Positions 16,282 through 24,000 are shown, numbered from the stretch's first letter. The stretch: DNA of 24,000 bases from an uncultured Acidobacteriota bacterium (GCA_963707075.1 CAVPOX010000016.1:5960-29959), one strand, 5' to 3'. The notes: a model not told the origin generated them from the sequence alone. Numbers and translations: made by a program.

Positions 16282-18008
16282 TATCCGCTACCTATGTAGA
16301 CCTGTTTGCTGACAAAGGAGCTGACACCACCGATCTCGTCCCACAACCCGACGGTGACCCGATGACCGCCTTCGCGTATCTGTAGCTGTGTCTGGTAGGG
16401 AAAGTACTTCCCCTCGGGCTCGGCAAGCTCCGCCAGGGGGATCTGAATCGGCAAATCGACTTCGGAAACCTCCGACATATCCCCCTCCTCGTCGATGGCT
16501 CCGAAATAGAGCTTCACGCGCCCCTCGTAGACCTCTGCCTGCGGTATGAGCACGATCTCATCCAGGGGAATTCCCACCAGAATCGGCAGGATGTATGTCT
16601 TCTTCTCACCCGGTGTGGACTCCCCGAAGCGCAGGAGGACCTTCAAGGGGTTGTCGTCGAATCCATACGCCAGGGTGGCCCGCGCCACATCGGTCATGCG
16701 GGCGTAGTGTGGCTTGTCACGGTAGCTTTCGCGATGCCGGATCTTGACATCCTTGCGGCCTGGCACCTTGATCTTGATCTTGTACAAGCGGCCAGTGCCG
16801 TGATGAGAAGGCGAGTATCCGATCGAGTAGAACGACTGAAAATCGTTGGCAATCTTCTCGAGGCCTTCTCCGACGTCGTTGCTGTTGTAGATGGCTCGAC
16901 CGCCCGTTTCTTCCGCCAGCATCAGAAGCGGTGCCTGAATATTCGACACATTGATGGTGTCGACAAAGGTCGACAGTCCGGCCGTTCCGGTATAGGCGTT
17001 TTGCACGCTGGAGGATTCGGGGGCTCGCAGACCCGCCGCATCGATGGTGTAGAGCACCACCTGATTCGTCGCCGCGGTCGATGCCAGGTTCATGAACCGA
17101 CGCGAGGAGTCGAACTCTCGCGACAGTGTCACCGACGTAGAGTCCTGGAACTTCTGACTCAACGCGTAGTACATGTCTTCACCCGGTACCATGGGTAGCC
17201 CATCGCTGACGTACAGCAGTGCCTTGCGCCCCGGCAGGCCCGCGATGGATTCGACGATCTCCTGCAGAGCATCGATCGAGAACTGCAGGTCGTTGGTCAG
17301 TCCCTCGGCGTACTGACGGACTCGCCAATCGACCTCTCCCACCGTCTCAGCCTCTTCTATGTCCCGGATCAGATCCCGTCTGTCGGAATCCAGGTGCACC
17401 GCGTGCCCGGTCACGGTCTCGAGGTCGAAGAGGGCGTTGGCCACCAGCTGCGGATCGGAGGTAAATGGGTGCCGAACGTGAATGCTGCGGTCATAGGAGA
17501 CGAGCATCACCCGGTCTCCCTGGCTCAACTTTTGGCTCAGGAATTCGCGCAGCCGACGGAATACCCGGTTACGATTGAACGGTCGGATGTTGAAATTGTC
17601 GATGTAGACGACCAGATGCAGACGCTCGTCGTCCGGAACATCCGCTTCCCGCGACCTATCCGGCAGGGCCAGCGGGTCGACGGGTTTCTCAGCAACTTCG
17701 GCGGAGAGCTCGCCGCCCTCGAGCCTGTCGAGACGTTTGCCCTGCTCAACGGCGTAGAAATTGGTGATAGCGATGGGTTTGCCGTCTTCGTACAGCTCGA
17801 AATCGTCGATCGTCAGGCCGGTAATGGGATTACCCGCCTTATCGGTCACGAAGACATCGACGTTGACAACGTTGACATCGACAGTCTCGAGATAGGCGCC
17901 CTCTTCAGCAATCTCCTCGGCTTCCTGCTGGGAAGTTTCCTGGGCCATCGCAGGAAACACCCCGAGAAGGAGAATGAGAAGCCAGGCTAGTTTGATTGGT
18001 GAGCTCAT
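16281..18008 (-). CDS. Secreted VWA-domain protein, Acidobacteria-type VWFA-related family (TIGR03436-like), paralog 2
   Basis: The signal peptide MSSPIKLAWLLILLLGVFPAMA-QE starts at ATG 18008. The track ORF starts at ATG 18059, which forms an ATGA overlap with paralog 1, so the start is ambiguous. The N-terminal motif is VDVNVVNVDVFVTDKAGNPITGLTIDDFELYEDGKPIAITNF. The VWA core runs HLVVYIDNFNI...DRVMLVSYD...LLYVSDG, followed by SFYSIGYSP...YKIKIKV. Confidence 0.85.
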   Translation of the reverse strand: MSSPIKLAWLLILLLGVFPAMAQETSQQEAEEIAEEGAYLETVDVNVVNVDVFVTDKAGNPITGLTIDDFELYEDGKPIAITNFYAVEQGKRLDRLEGGELSAEVAEKPVDPLALPDRSREADVPDDERLHLVVYIDNFNIRPFNRNRVFRRLREFLSQKLSQGDRVMLVSYDRSIHVRHPFTSDPQLVANALFDLETVTGHAVHLDSDRRDLIRDIEEAETVGEVDWRVRQYAEGLTNDLQFSIDALQEIVESIAGLPGRKALLYVSDGLPMVPGEDMYYALSQKFQDSTSVTLSREFDSSRRFMNLASTAATNQVVLYTIDAAGLRAPESSSVQNAYTGTAGLSTFVDTINVSNIQAPLLMLAEETGGRAIYNSNDVGEGLEKIANDFQSFYSIGYSPSHHGTGRLYKIKIKVPGRKDVKIRHRESYRDKPHYARMTDVARATLAYGFDDNPLKVLLRFGESTPGEKKTYILPILVGIPLDEIVLIPQAEVYEGRVKLYFGAIDEEGDMSEVSEVDLPIQIPLAELAEPEGKYFPYQTQLQIREGGHRVTVGLWDEIGGVSSFVSKQVYIGSG

Positions 18009-18055
18009 TCTGGTCGATCTTCCTCGGTCATTGCTGCTGATTGAACACTCGAGAG

Positions 18056-19753
18056 TCATGGTGAGATCTCGATACTGGCCGACAAAATCCTACCACTTGC
18101 CGGATCGAAGATGCCCACGACCGCTTCGTGGGCCATCCGCCTCAGCTTCAGGCTTGTCTCGTACCGACCCACTGTGCCAGCCTCCGGCATCGAGTCCACT
18201 CTCACCTCCACTGGCACTGTCGGTACCTCGGCGCGACGCCCTTCCTTGTCCCGGACCGCGATTCGCAGCTCGAGGCCGGTCGAATAGCCATCTCCATCGG
18301 GCAGAAAGGTCACTTCCGAGAGGGGAATCAGGATGCTAATCGGGACCTCCATCCGCTTGCGCCCGGCACGCTCTGGCTCACCAACCTCGACCGCCAGTGA
18401 TTCGACACCGGCGGGATTGCCAAAAACGAGCGTGCTTTCCAAAGCCATCGCTACTTCGTGCTGCTTCGACGCATCGAGATAATCCCGGCGGGCTCGTACC
18501 CGAAAACGTGGCTCTCTTACGGTCACCTTGACGTCGTGGCGACGATCGTCCCAACCCCGCTGGGGAGAGAATCCCAACCAGTAGAACGAACGGGTATCGG
18601 ACACAACCTGGTCGAAAGCGTTGGCGCGATCCGCGTTGATCAGAGCCTTGCCCCCCGTTTCACGGGCGATCCAGGTCAATGTGTACTGGTTCTCCTGTTC
18701 CCGCAGGAAGCTGTTGAAGCTCAACTCCGAGGGCAGCGGTTCCCGTGATTGCGCCAGATTGTTGCCCCCGCCTGTGGCCAGGATATCGTTGAACCCCGGT
18801 ACATCGACCGGGTAGATCGTGTACCCCAGGAGGTTGGCAGTGTCGCTCAACGGGTTGAACAGGCCACTCCCCTTCTCGCCTTCGTTCCAGGCCACGACCG
18901 GTGAAATGTCGGGTCCGAGAAATGCGGTTGGGAAGAAGGGCCAACCACCGGAGTACAGCAGCATGACCTTCCGCCCTGGAGGCATGGCAAAGCTACGCAG
19001 CGTCACCGTGGCTGCGGTTACAGAAGACTGGATCTGGCCTGTCAGTCGCTCGAGAAAGAACCGCTCGTTGGGGTCCAGACTCGTCCGCAGGAAAGAATTC
19101 GGGACGAGTTGTCCTGTACGTATGCCGACACTCGCTCGCAGCAGGGCATCGAAGTCGTACTGCCGCTGCTCGGCAAGCCGCTGCAATCCGTAAACCGGAC
19201 GCTCGAGGGCCTTCTCGAGGACTCTCTCGAGGGCCGGCACAGACTGGCTCCAGGTGGTGAGCATATCGATCTCTTTGCCGTTGTAGGCAACGATCGCCAT
19301 GCGGTCGTTCGGCCCCAGACGCGGCAGATCCTTGATCAGTCCCCGGACTATGGCATCGCGGTCCCGCGCTATGGCGAATGCCTCATCGATGAAAACCAGG
19401 TAGCTGGTCTCGATCGGCTCCCCGGCAATCGCCGCCGGCAGTTCAGCGATACCGGACTCCTTCTGTTGCTCGGAAGGCGCTGCGGCCACACCTGAACGGA
19501 TCTCCGAAAAATAGTCGATATCCGCCTCGTTCCCATCGACGATCAGCTGAAAGTCGTCCGGACGCAGTCCTCGCACCGGCACACCGTCCTTGTCGGTGAC
19601 CACGACCTCGAGATTCACCACCCGGACGTCGAGCACCTCCGAGAAGATCGCCGGGAACGAGGGCTGGCTCTCCTGAGCAGAGATCCTCGGCACCAGCATC
19701 ACTTGTAGAAGGCAGATGAGGACACAAAGTGTCCTGGACAGCGAACGCTTCAT
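18056..19753 (-). CDS. Secreted VWA-domain protein, Acidobacteria-type VWFA-related family (TIGR03436-like), paralog 1
   Basis: ATG at 19753 (the track starts one codon earlier at TTG 19756) with AAGGAG 6 nt upstream. Signal peptide MKRSLSRTLCVLICLLQVMLVPRISA-QE. The N-terminal motif LDVRVVNLEVVVTDKDGVPVRGLRPDDFQLIVDGNEADIDYF parallels paralog 2. The VWA-like core runs YLVFIDEAFAI...DRMAIVAYN...VMLLYSGG, followed by SFYWLGFSP...HDVKVTV. Confidence 0.85.
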   Translation of the reverse strand: MKRSLSRTLCVLICLLQVMLVPRISAQESQPSFPAIFSEVLDVRVVNLEVVVTDKDGVPVRGLRPDDFQLIVDGNEADIDYFSEIRSGVAAAPSEQQKESGIAELPAAIAGEPIETSYLVFIDEAFAIARDRDAIVRGLIKDLPRLGPNDRMAIVAYNGKEIDMLTTWSQSVPALERVLEKALERPVYGLQRLAEQRQYDFDALLRASVGIRTGQLVPNSFLRTSLDPNERFFLERLTGQIQSSVTAATVTLRSFAMPPGRKVMLLYSGGWPFFPTAFLGPDISPVVAWNEGEKGSGLFNPLSDTANLLGYTIYPVDVPGFNDILATGGGNNLAQSREPLPSELSFNSFLREQENQYTLTWIARETGGKALINADRANAFDQVVSDTRSFYWLGFSPQRGWDDRRHDVKVTVREPRFRVRARRDYLDASKQHEVAMALESTLVFGNPAGVESLAVEVGEPERAGRKRMEVPISILIPLSEVTFLPDGDGYSTGLELRIAVRDKEGRRAEVPTVPVEVRVDSMPEAGTVGRYETSLKLRRMAHEAVVGIFDPASGRILSASIEISP

Positions 19754-19773
19754 CAATAGCTCCTTGCTCGGAC

Positions 19774-19797
19774 GCCTCGCTCCGTACCTGGCGAGGC
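19774..19797 (-). other. 7-bp GC-rich stem-loop in the 58-bp ypdA-like / VWA spacer
   Basis: gcctcgc (19774..19780) and gcgaggc (19791..19797) are perfect reverse complements separated by a 10-nt loop. No U-tract follows on the minus strand, so it is at best a weak terminator, attenuator or processing signal. Confidence 0.25.
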
Positions 19798-19811
19798 CAC
19801 GCCCGCACAGA

Positions 19812-20822
19812 CTATTTGCAATGGCCGTGCCTGAGAGTCCCTTTCAGGTGGCTGACAATCCGAATACCGTGGTCGCGAGAGTTCTCGATAAAGATCTTGT
19901 CCGTGCGACGCCCGGCCTGCAGCGTTCCAGCGATGTAGAGGCCGGGGACGTTGGATTCACAGGTCTCCGGATCGAAATCGGGCACCAGGGTCTCGGGATT
20001 CACCTCGACGCCGCATCGTGCCTCCAACTCGGCATCTGGTGTGTAGCCGATCAGGACATAGGCGGCATCGGCCTCGACCTTGCGGGGCCCGTCTGGAGTC
20101 TCGATCGCGACCGCATTCCCGACAAAGCCCGTCACCCGGCTGCCATACCAGGCGGCAATGGACCCCTCCTCCACCCGATGCTCGAAATCGGGTTTGAGCC
20201 AGTACTTGATCGTCTGCTTGATTGCCACTCCCCGGTGGACCACGGTGACTCTGGCGCCATTCCTCCATAGATCCAGTGCCGTTTCGGCAGCCGAGTTGCC
20301 TCCACCGACAATCACGACATGCTCGCCAAAATGTCGGTAAGGCTCGATATAGCGCGTATGGACCCAGGAAAGATCCTCTCCGGGGACCTCCAGTCGACGG
20401 GGCCTGTGGAAGTATCCGGTTGCCAGGGCCACCGCTCGACTTCGGCGCACTTGCTGGCCTTCGGCGAGCCGCGTCTCGACTTCGAAATGATCGCCCTCTC
20501 GCCGCACCCCGAGCACCTCCTCATGAGGCGCCACAGGCAACTCGAACTGCCTGGCGACGGAGTGATAGTAGGCAATGGCCTCTCGCCGATCGGGCTTGTC
20601 CCGCGGAATGGCGAACGGAATTCCAGCGACCTCCAACAGATCCCGCGTCGTGAAGAACTGCATGTAGGTGGGAAAACCCAGGAGGTTGGCGAGCAGCGGG
20701 CCGCGATCCAGAAGGAGGACATCGAGCCCGGCAGATCGGGCTTCAGCGCCGATAGCGATGCCCGTCGGGCCCGCACCCACCACCAGGAGGTCGACCACGG
20801 TTGCCCCGGAGTCGAGGCTCAT
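19812..20822 (-). CDS. ypdA: YpdA-family FAD/NAD(P)H pyridine-nucleotide-disulfide oxidoreductase (putative bacillithiol disulfide reductase type)
   Basis: 336 aa. The pattern is collinear with my memory of B. subtilis YpdA: VVGAGPTGIA, FPTYMQFFTT, ATGYF..P..L.VPGEDL, VIVGGGNSAAETALDL...GARVTVVHRG, IKYWLKPDFE, ESNVPGLYIAG and KIFIENSRDHG. The ATGA overlap with the lgt stop is at 20819..20822. Confidence 0.8.
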   Translation of the reverse strand: MSLDSGATVVDLLVVGAGPTGIAIGAEARSAGLDVLLLDRGPLLANLLGFPTYMQFFTTRDLLEVAGIPFAIPRDKPDRREAIAYYHSVARQFELPVAPHEEVLGVRREGDHFEVETRLAEGQQVRRSRAVALATGYFHRPRRLEVPGEDLSWVHTRYIEPYRHFGEHVVIVGGGNSAAETALDLWRNGARVTVVHRGVAIKQTIKYWLKPDFEHRVEEGSIAAWYGSRVTGFVGNAVAIETPDGPRKVEADAAYVLIGYTPDAELEARCGVEVNPETLVPDFDPETCESNVPGLYIAGTLQAGRRTDKIFIENSRDHGIRIVSHLKGTLRHGHCK

Positions 20823-21622
20823 GAGCTACGCTCCCGTCGCAGTCTGGAAAGGAGGACTGTGGAGATGACGATTACCACGGTCAGACTGATCACCTGCGCC
20901 AGCGTGAAGCCGGCCCAAAGTCGATCATCCTTGGCGCGCACGAACTCGACGAGAAAGCGCTCAAGAGCCATGAGCACCACCACGGTCAATGTCGTCACGC
21001 CGGTCGGCACCTGCCGTTTGATCAGCCTGACGCCAACGGCCCAGATGACGAGTGCCGCGAGAGTCTCATACAGCTGGGTCGGGTGTACGGCAATCAGTTG
21101 ATCGTTGGGGATGTCCAAGGGAATCTCCGCACCATACTCCGCTCGCATGAGACCAGCCGTCGTCGGTCCCGGAAGTCCCTTGGGAAAGGCTACCCCCCAG
21201 GGCAGATCGGTGGGCATGCCGAAGTCGTCACCCACCAGGAAGCAGCCGATTCGTCCGAGGCCGTATCCCAGGGCCAATCCAGGAGCCGCGGCATCGGCTG
21301 CCGACCAGGCGGGCAATCGCCGGCGACGCGCCACCCAGACCACGGCCAGCGCTCCGAGCGCGAATCCGCCGTACCACACCAGGCCATAGCGCTCGAGCAA
21401 CAGGCCAGGATCCCGATACAGAATCGCGTAGTAGATCTTCGCGCCGACAATGCCGCCGATTCCGGCTGCCAGCACCAGGGCGCTGGCATCTTCGGCGTCG
21501 CCCACTCCGAGCTCGCGAAGCCCCCAGCGCAACTGGAAGTACCCACCGACAAATGCCGCGACCATCATCACTCCAAACGGACTGATGGCCAGGGGCCCGA
21601 TATGAAACAGCTCATTGATCAT
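20819..21622 (-). CDS. lgt: Prolipoprotein (phosphatidylglycerol) diacylglyceryl transferase Lgt
   Basis: From ATG 21622 the product begins MINELFHIGPLAISPFGVMMVAAF... It also has YGGFALG, GRIGCFLVGDDFGMPTDLPWGVAFP and HPTQLYE. The 57-codon N-terminal extension of the track ORF (to 21793) overlaps mgtE and does not look Lgt-like. Confidence 0.9.
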   Translation of the reverse strand: MINELFHIGPLAISPFGVMMVAAFVGGYFQLRWGLRELGVGDAEDASALVLAAGIGGIVGAKIYYAILYRDPGLLLERYGLVWYGGFALGALAVVWVARRRRLPAWSAADAAAPGLALGYGLGRIGCFLVGDDFGMPTDLPWGVAFPKGLPGPTTAGLMRAEYGAEIPLDIPNDQLIAVHPTQLYETLAALVIWAVGVRLIKRQVPTGVTTLTVVVLMALERFLVEFVRAKDDRLWAGFTLAQVISLTVVIVISTVLLSRLRRERSS

Positions 21623-21670
21623 GGTTGATTTCCGCCCCCCGCCGGGAGCCAGGTATCGTAACATCAACAA

Positions 21671-23038
21671 GTGCAGAGCCCTCCCTCCACACGTTCCGAT
21701 CCCCTTCCGCTCGACCAGCGTCAGCGGCTCCTCCTGCGACTTCTGCGCGCCACCCACGACCGTCGCCTGCACCGAATTCTCTCCCGTCTTCACCCCGCAG
21801 ATATCGCTCCGCTGTTTCCACTCCTGAAGCCAGAGGAGAAGCTCAACCTGCTCGAGGTGCTCTTCGAGATGCGTCGCGCCGGTCAGACCCTCAGCGAGCT
21901 CGACGACCAGACCCTGAGAGAGGTTCTCGACGACTTTCCAGACTCCCGACTAACGGTCGTTCTCGGACGCATTCCCGCCGACGACGCGGTCGATATCCTC
22001 GACCAGGTTGATGAGACACGTCGGCAGGCGTTGCTGGCCTCGCTCGACTCGGCCCTGGCTTCCCATCTCAACAATCTGATGCTCTATGGCGAGTCGACGG
22101 CCGGCGGCATGATGGATCCCGACGTAATTTCCTTCCGCGCCGATCTCACCGTCGAGGAGGCCGTGGCTGTCATCCGGGGACTGGCCAGGACTCGGCGCCT
22201 CTTCTACCTCTATGTCATCGACGAGCGGGGACATCTGATCGGCCTGGTCAGGCTCTGGCAGCTGCTGACCGCACGTAGCGACCAGAATCTGCGCGAGATA
22301 ATGGATCGAGGCCTGGTCAGCGTCCAGGTGGATACACCGCAGGAGGACGTCGCCAGGCTCTTTGCGCGCTACGACCTGCCGATCATGCCCGTCCTGGACG
22401 ATAGCGGGATCCTGGTGGGCATCATCACCGTCGACGACGTCATCGACGTGATCGAAGAGGAATTGAGCGAGGACCTCTACCGCCTGGGCGGCCTGTCCCA
22501 GCCAGAGACACTTGGAACGCCCCTGGCCCGCGCCCTCCGAGTCCGTTTGCCTTGGCTGGGACTGGGAATGCTCGGCGCCCTGCTGGCAGCCTGGGTGATC
22601 GGTTCCTTCCAGGATGTCATCGCCAAGTACGCTCTATTGGTCGCCTTCATGCACATTGTCGGGGCCACTGGTGGCGATCTGGCACGCCAGACCCTGACCG
22701 TGGTCACGGCGTCGATGGCGACAGGTGAAATGGACCTCTGGCGTCCCTGGCGAGTGGTCGGCAGACAGTGCCTGCGGGGGCTGCTGATCGGTTCGATCAG
22801 TGGTCTGGTCCTGATGACGCTAGCCTTCTTTCTCGAGAGGGACGCCCGGCTGGCAGGTGCCGTTTGGGTCGCACAGGTCGCCAACCAGGTGGTGGCCTCG
22901 TTCCTGGCCTGCCTGGTCCCGCTCCTGCTGAAACGACTCGGGCAGGACCCCACCCTCGGCTCTTCGACCCTGGTTGTCGCACTTGCCGATATCGCGGGCT
23001 TCGCGACCTTTCTCGGCCTGGCCTCACGGCTGCTTTGA
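21671..23038 (+). CDS. mgtE: Magnesium transporter MgtE
   Basis: 455 aa. The N-domain has LHPADIAPLF and IPADDAVDILD. The CBS pair includes GGMMDPDVISF and the PIMPVLDDSGILVGIITVDDVIDVI region. The C-terminal TM domain has the conserved GATGGDLARQT and VVALADIAGFATFLGLA. The GTG start at 21671 is uncertain. Confidence 0.92.
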   Translation: MQSPPSTRSDPLPLDQRQRLLLRLLRATHDRRLHRILSRLHPADIAPLFPLLKPEEKLNLLEVLFEMRRAGQTLSELDDQTLREVLDDFPDSRLTVVLGRIPADDAVDILDQVDETRRQALLASLDSALASHLNNLMLYGESTAGGMMDPDVISFRADLTVEEAVAVIRGLARTRRLFYLYVIDERGHLIGLVRLWQLLTARSDQNLREIMDRGLVSVQVDTPQEDVARLFARYDLPIMPVLDDSGILVGIITVDDVIDVIEEELSEDLYRLGGLSQPETLGTPLARALRVRLPWLGLGMLGALLAAWVIGSFQDVIAKYALLVAFMHIVGATGGDLARQTLTVVTASMATGEMDLWRPWRVVGRQCLRGLLIGSISGLVLMTLAFFLERDARLAGAVWVAQVANQVVASFLACLVPLLLKRLGQDPTLGSSTLVVALADIAGFATFLGLASRLL

Positions 23039-23065
23039 TGCGAGGTCGAGTAGAATCCAGTCTTC

Positions 23066-24000
23066 ATGGTCACCGACCTGACTCGTGCTCGCCTGGACGA
23101 GCTCTCGAGGTACATGGCACAGCACACCGCCGCTGGCAGATGGCTTGTGCTCACCCATGACAACCCCGACCCTGACTCCATCGCCGCCGCGGCCGCCCTG
23201 AGCAGCCTTCTCAGGCACGCCTTCAAGCGGCGGGTGACGATCGCCTACGGTGGCATGATCGGTCGGGCGGAAAACCAGGAGATGGTCAAGGTCCTGGGCA
23301 TCAAACTGAGCCACCTCAAGTATCTGAACTGGAACAACTACAAGCACTTCGCGCTGGTTGATTGCCAGCCCCGAACCGGCAACAATCAGCTGCCGGAGAC
23401 GATCGTCCCGGACCTGGTATTCGATCACCATCCTGTCCGCAGGGCGACGCGCAAGGTTCCCTTCGCCGATGTGCGGGTCGAGTATGGCGCGACAGCCACT
23501 TTTCTGGCCGAGTACCTGGTCGCCGCGCAGGTCGAGATCAGCCGCAGCAACGCCACGGCGCTGGTCTATGCGATCCGTTCCGAAACTCAGGATTTTGGTC
23601 GCGAATTCAGCGCCCTCGACAAGACCGTCTACGACTATCTGCATCCTCTGGCCGATATCCGCGCCCTCTCCAGGATCCAGAACCCACGCTTGCCCCTGAG
23701 CTACTACCGAATTCTGCACGAGGGGCTAAAGAAGCTGGAGTCCGTCGGAACACTCGTGGTGAGCCACCTCGGTCCTGTCGAGCAGCCGGACATCGTTCCC
23801 GAGGTCGCCGACCTGATGCTTCGCTTGCAGGGCAAGACCTGGTCCCTGTGCACCGGCGTCTTCGAAACCCGACTCTATCTGTCGATTCGCACCACCAACT
23901 CGCGTGCCGACGCCGGCAATCTCATGCGCCGCCTTCTGGGTCGTCGGGGCAAGGGAGGGGGGCACGGGACCATGGCGGGGGGTTGGATCGCGTTGACCGG
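23066..24000 (+). CDS. DHH/DHHA1-family phosphoesterase (NrnA-like), 5' ~311 codons; continues beyond the right window edge
   Basis: Not in the ORF track because it has no stop in the window. My manual translation from ATG 23066 reads MVTDLTRARLDELSRYMAQHTAAGRWLVLTHDNPDPDSIAAAAALSSLL...LVDCQP...DLVFDHHP...YGATATFLAEYL...IRSETQDFG...GRRGKGGGHGTMAGG. This shows the DHH motifs (H.NPDPDS, D, DHH) and the DHHA1 GGGH motif. The track ORF 23024..23719(-) is its codon-aligned antisense shadow. Confidence 0.85.
   Translation, partial: MVTDLTRARLDELSRYMAQHTAAGRWLVLTHDNPDPDSIAAAAALSSLLRHAFKRRVTIAYGGMIGRAENQEMVKVLGIKLSHLKYLNWNNYKHFALVDCQPRTGNNQLPETIVPDLVFDHHPVRRATRKVPFADVRVEYGATATFLAEYLVAAQVEISRSNATALVYAIRSETQDFGREFSALDKTVYDYLHPLADIRALSRIQNPRLPLSYYRILHEGLKKLESVGTLVVSHLGPVEQPDIVPEVADLMLRLQGKTWSLCTGVFETRLYLSIRTTNSRADAGNLMRRLLGRRGKGGGHGTMAGGWIALT

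Noticed and set aside
21623-21793. N-terminal extension of the lgt ORF overlapping mgtE; also checked for an M-box (ykoK) Mg2+ riboswitch upstream of mgtE
   Set aside because: Lgt homology begins at MINELFHIGP (ATG 21622), and the extension is not Lgt-like. Only 48 bp separate the lgt and mgtE starts, far too short for the ~170-nt M-box, and I saw no M-box-like conserved helices.
22477-23226. 249-aa minus-strand ORF opposite the mgtE 3' half and the DHH 5' end
   Set aside because: The translation is extremely R/A/S/T/P-rich, typical of an off-frame read of GC-rich coding DNA. Both sense genes have strong family motifs.
23024-23719. 231-aa minus-strand ORF, the only ORF listed for this region in the track
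   Set aside because: Codon-aligned shadow of an unlisted plus-strand DHH/DHHA1 gene (23066 onward) that carries DHH and GGGH motifs.
1-24000. Striking abundance of the palindrome CTCGAG (about three dozen by my manual scan, several-fold above a simple base-composition expectation), possibly a repeat element or restriction-related signal
   Set aside because: The occurrences are scattered inside CDS on both strands. They are explained by the preferred Leu-Glu codon pair CTC-GAG, which is palindromic and so is generated by either coding strand. There is no shared flanking sequence, so it is not a repeat family. The count is approximate.

Overview
High-GC (roughly 60% by eye), very gene-dense bacterial chromosomal window. 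I call 26 CDS. The largest intergenic gap is about 155 bp, and many neighbouring genes share stop/start overlaps. Most of the content is core housekeeping: murJ (partial), a rhodanese + SufE pair, a canonical sirtuin, the phoH-ybeY-corC-era block, tsaE, nnr, hbd, lgt, mgtE, an S1-domain protein and a DHH phosphoesterase (partial). Two tandem secreted VWA proteins have the N-terminal architecture I associate with the Acidobacteria-type VWFA-related family (TIGR03436), so an Acidobacteriota-like origin is my inference. I found no rRNA, tRNA, CRISPR array, IS/transposase/integrase or prophage block, and no intergenic region large enough to hide a structured RNA. I cannot confidently name a novel system. 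There are two candidates. The better one is a translationally coupled four-gene module on the minus strand (15642..19753): two VWA paralogs with degenerate MIDAS motifs, a YqjE/holin-X-like 2-TM protein and a small C-tail-anchored protein. The weaker one is a co-directional sirtuin / eukaryote-type cN-II 5'-nucleotidase / HD hydrolase trio (2704..5832). Nearly all long alternative ORFs in the supplied track are codon-aligned antisense shadows of the real genes and were rejected. All family assignments come from motif recognition by eye, not from searches.
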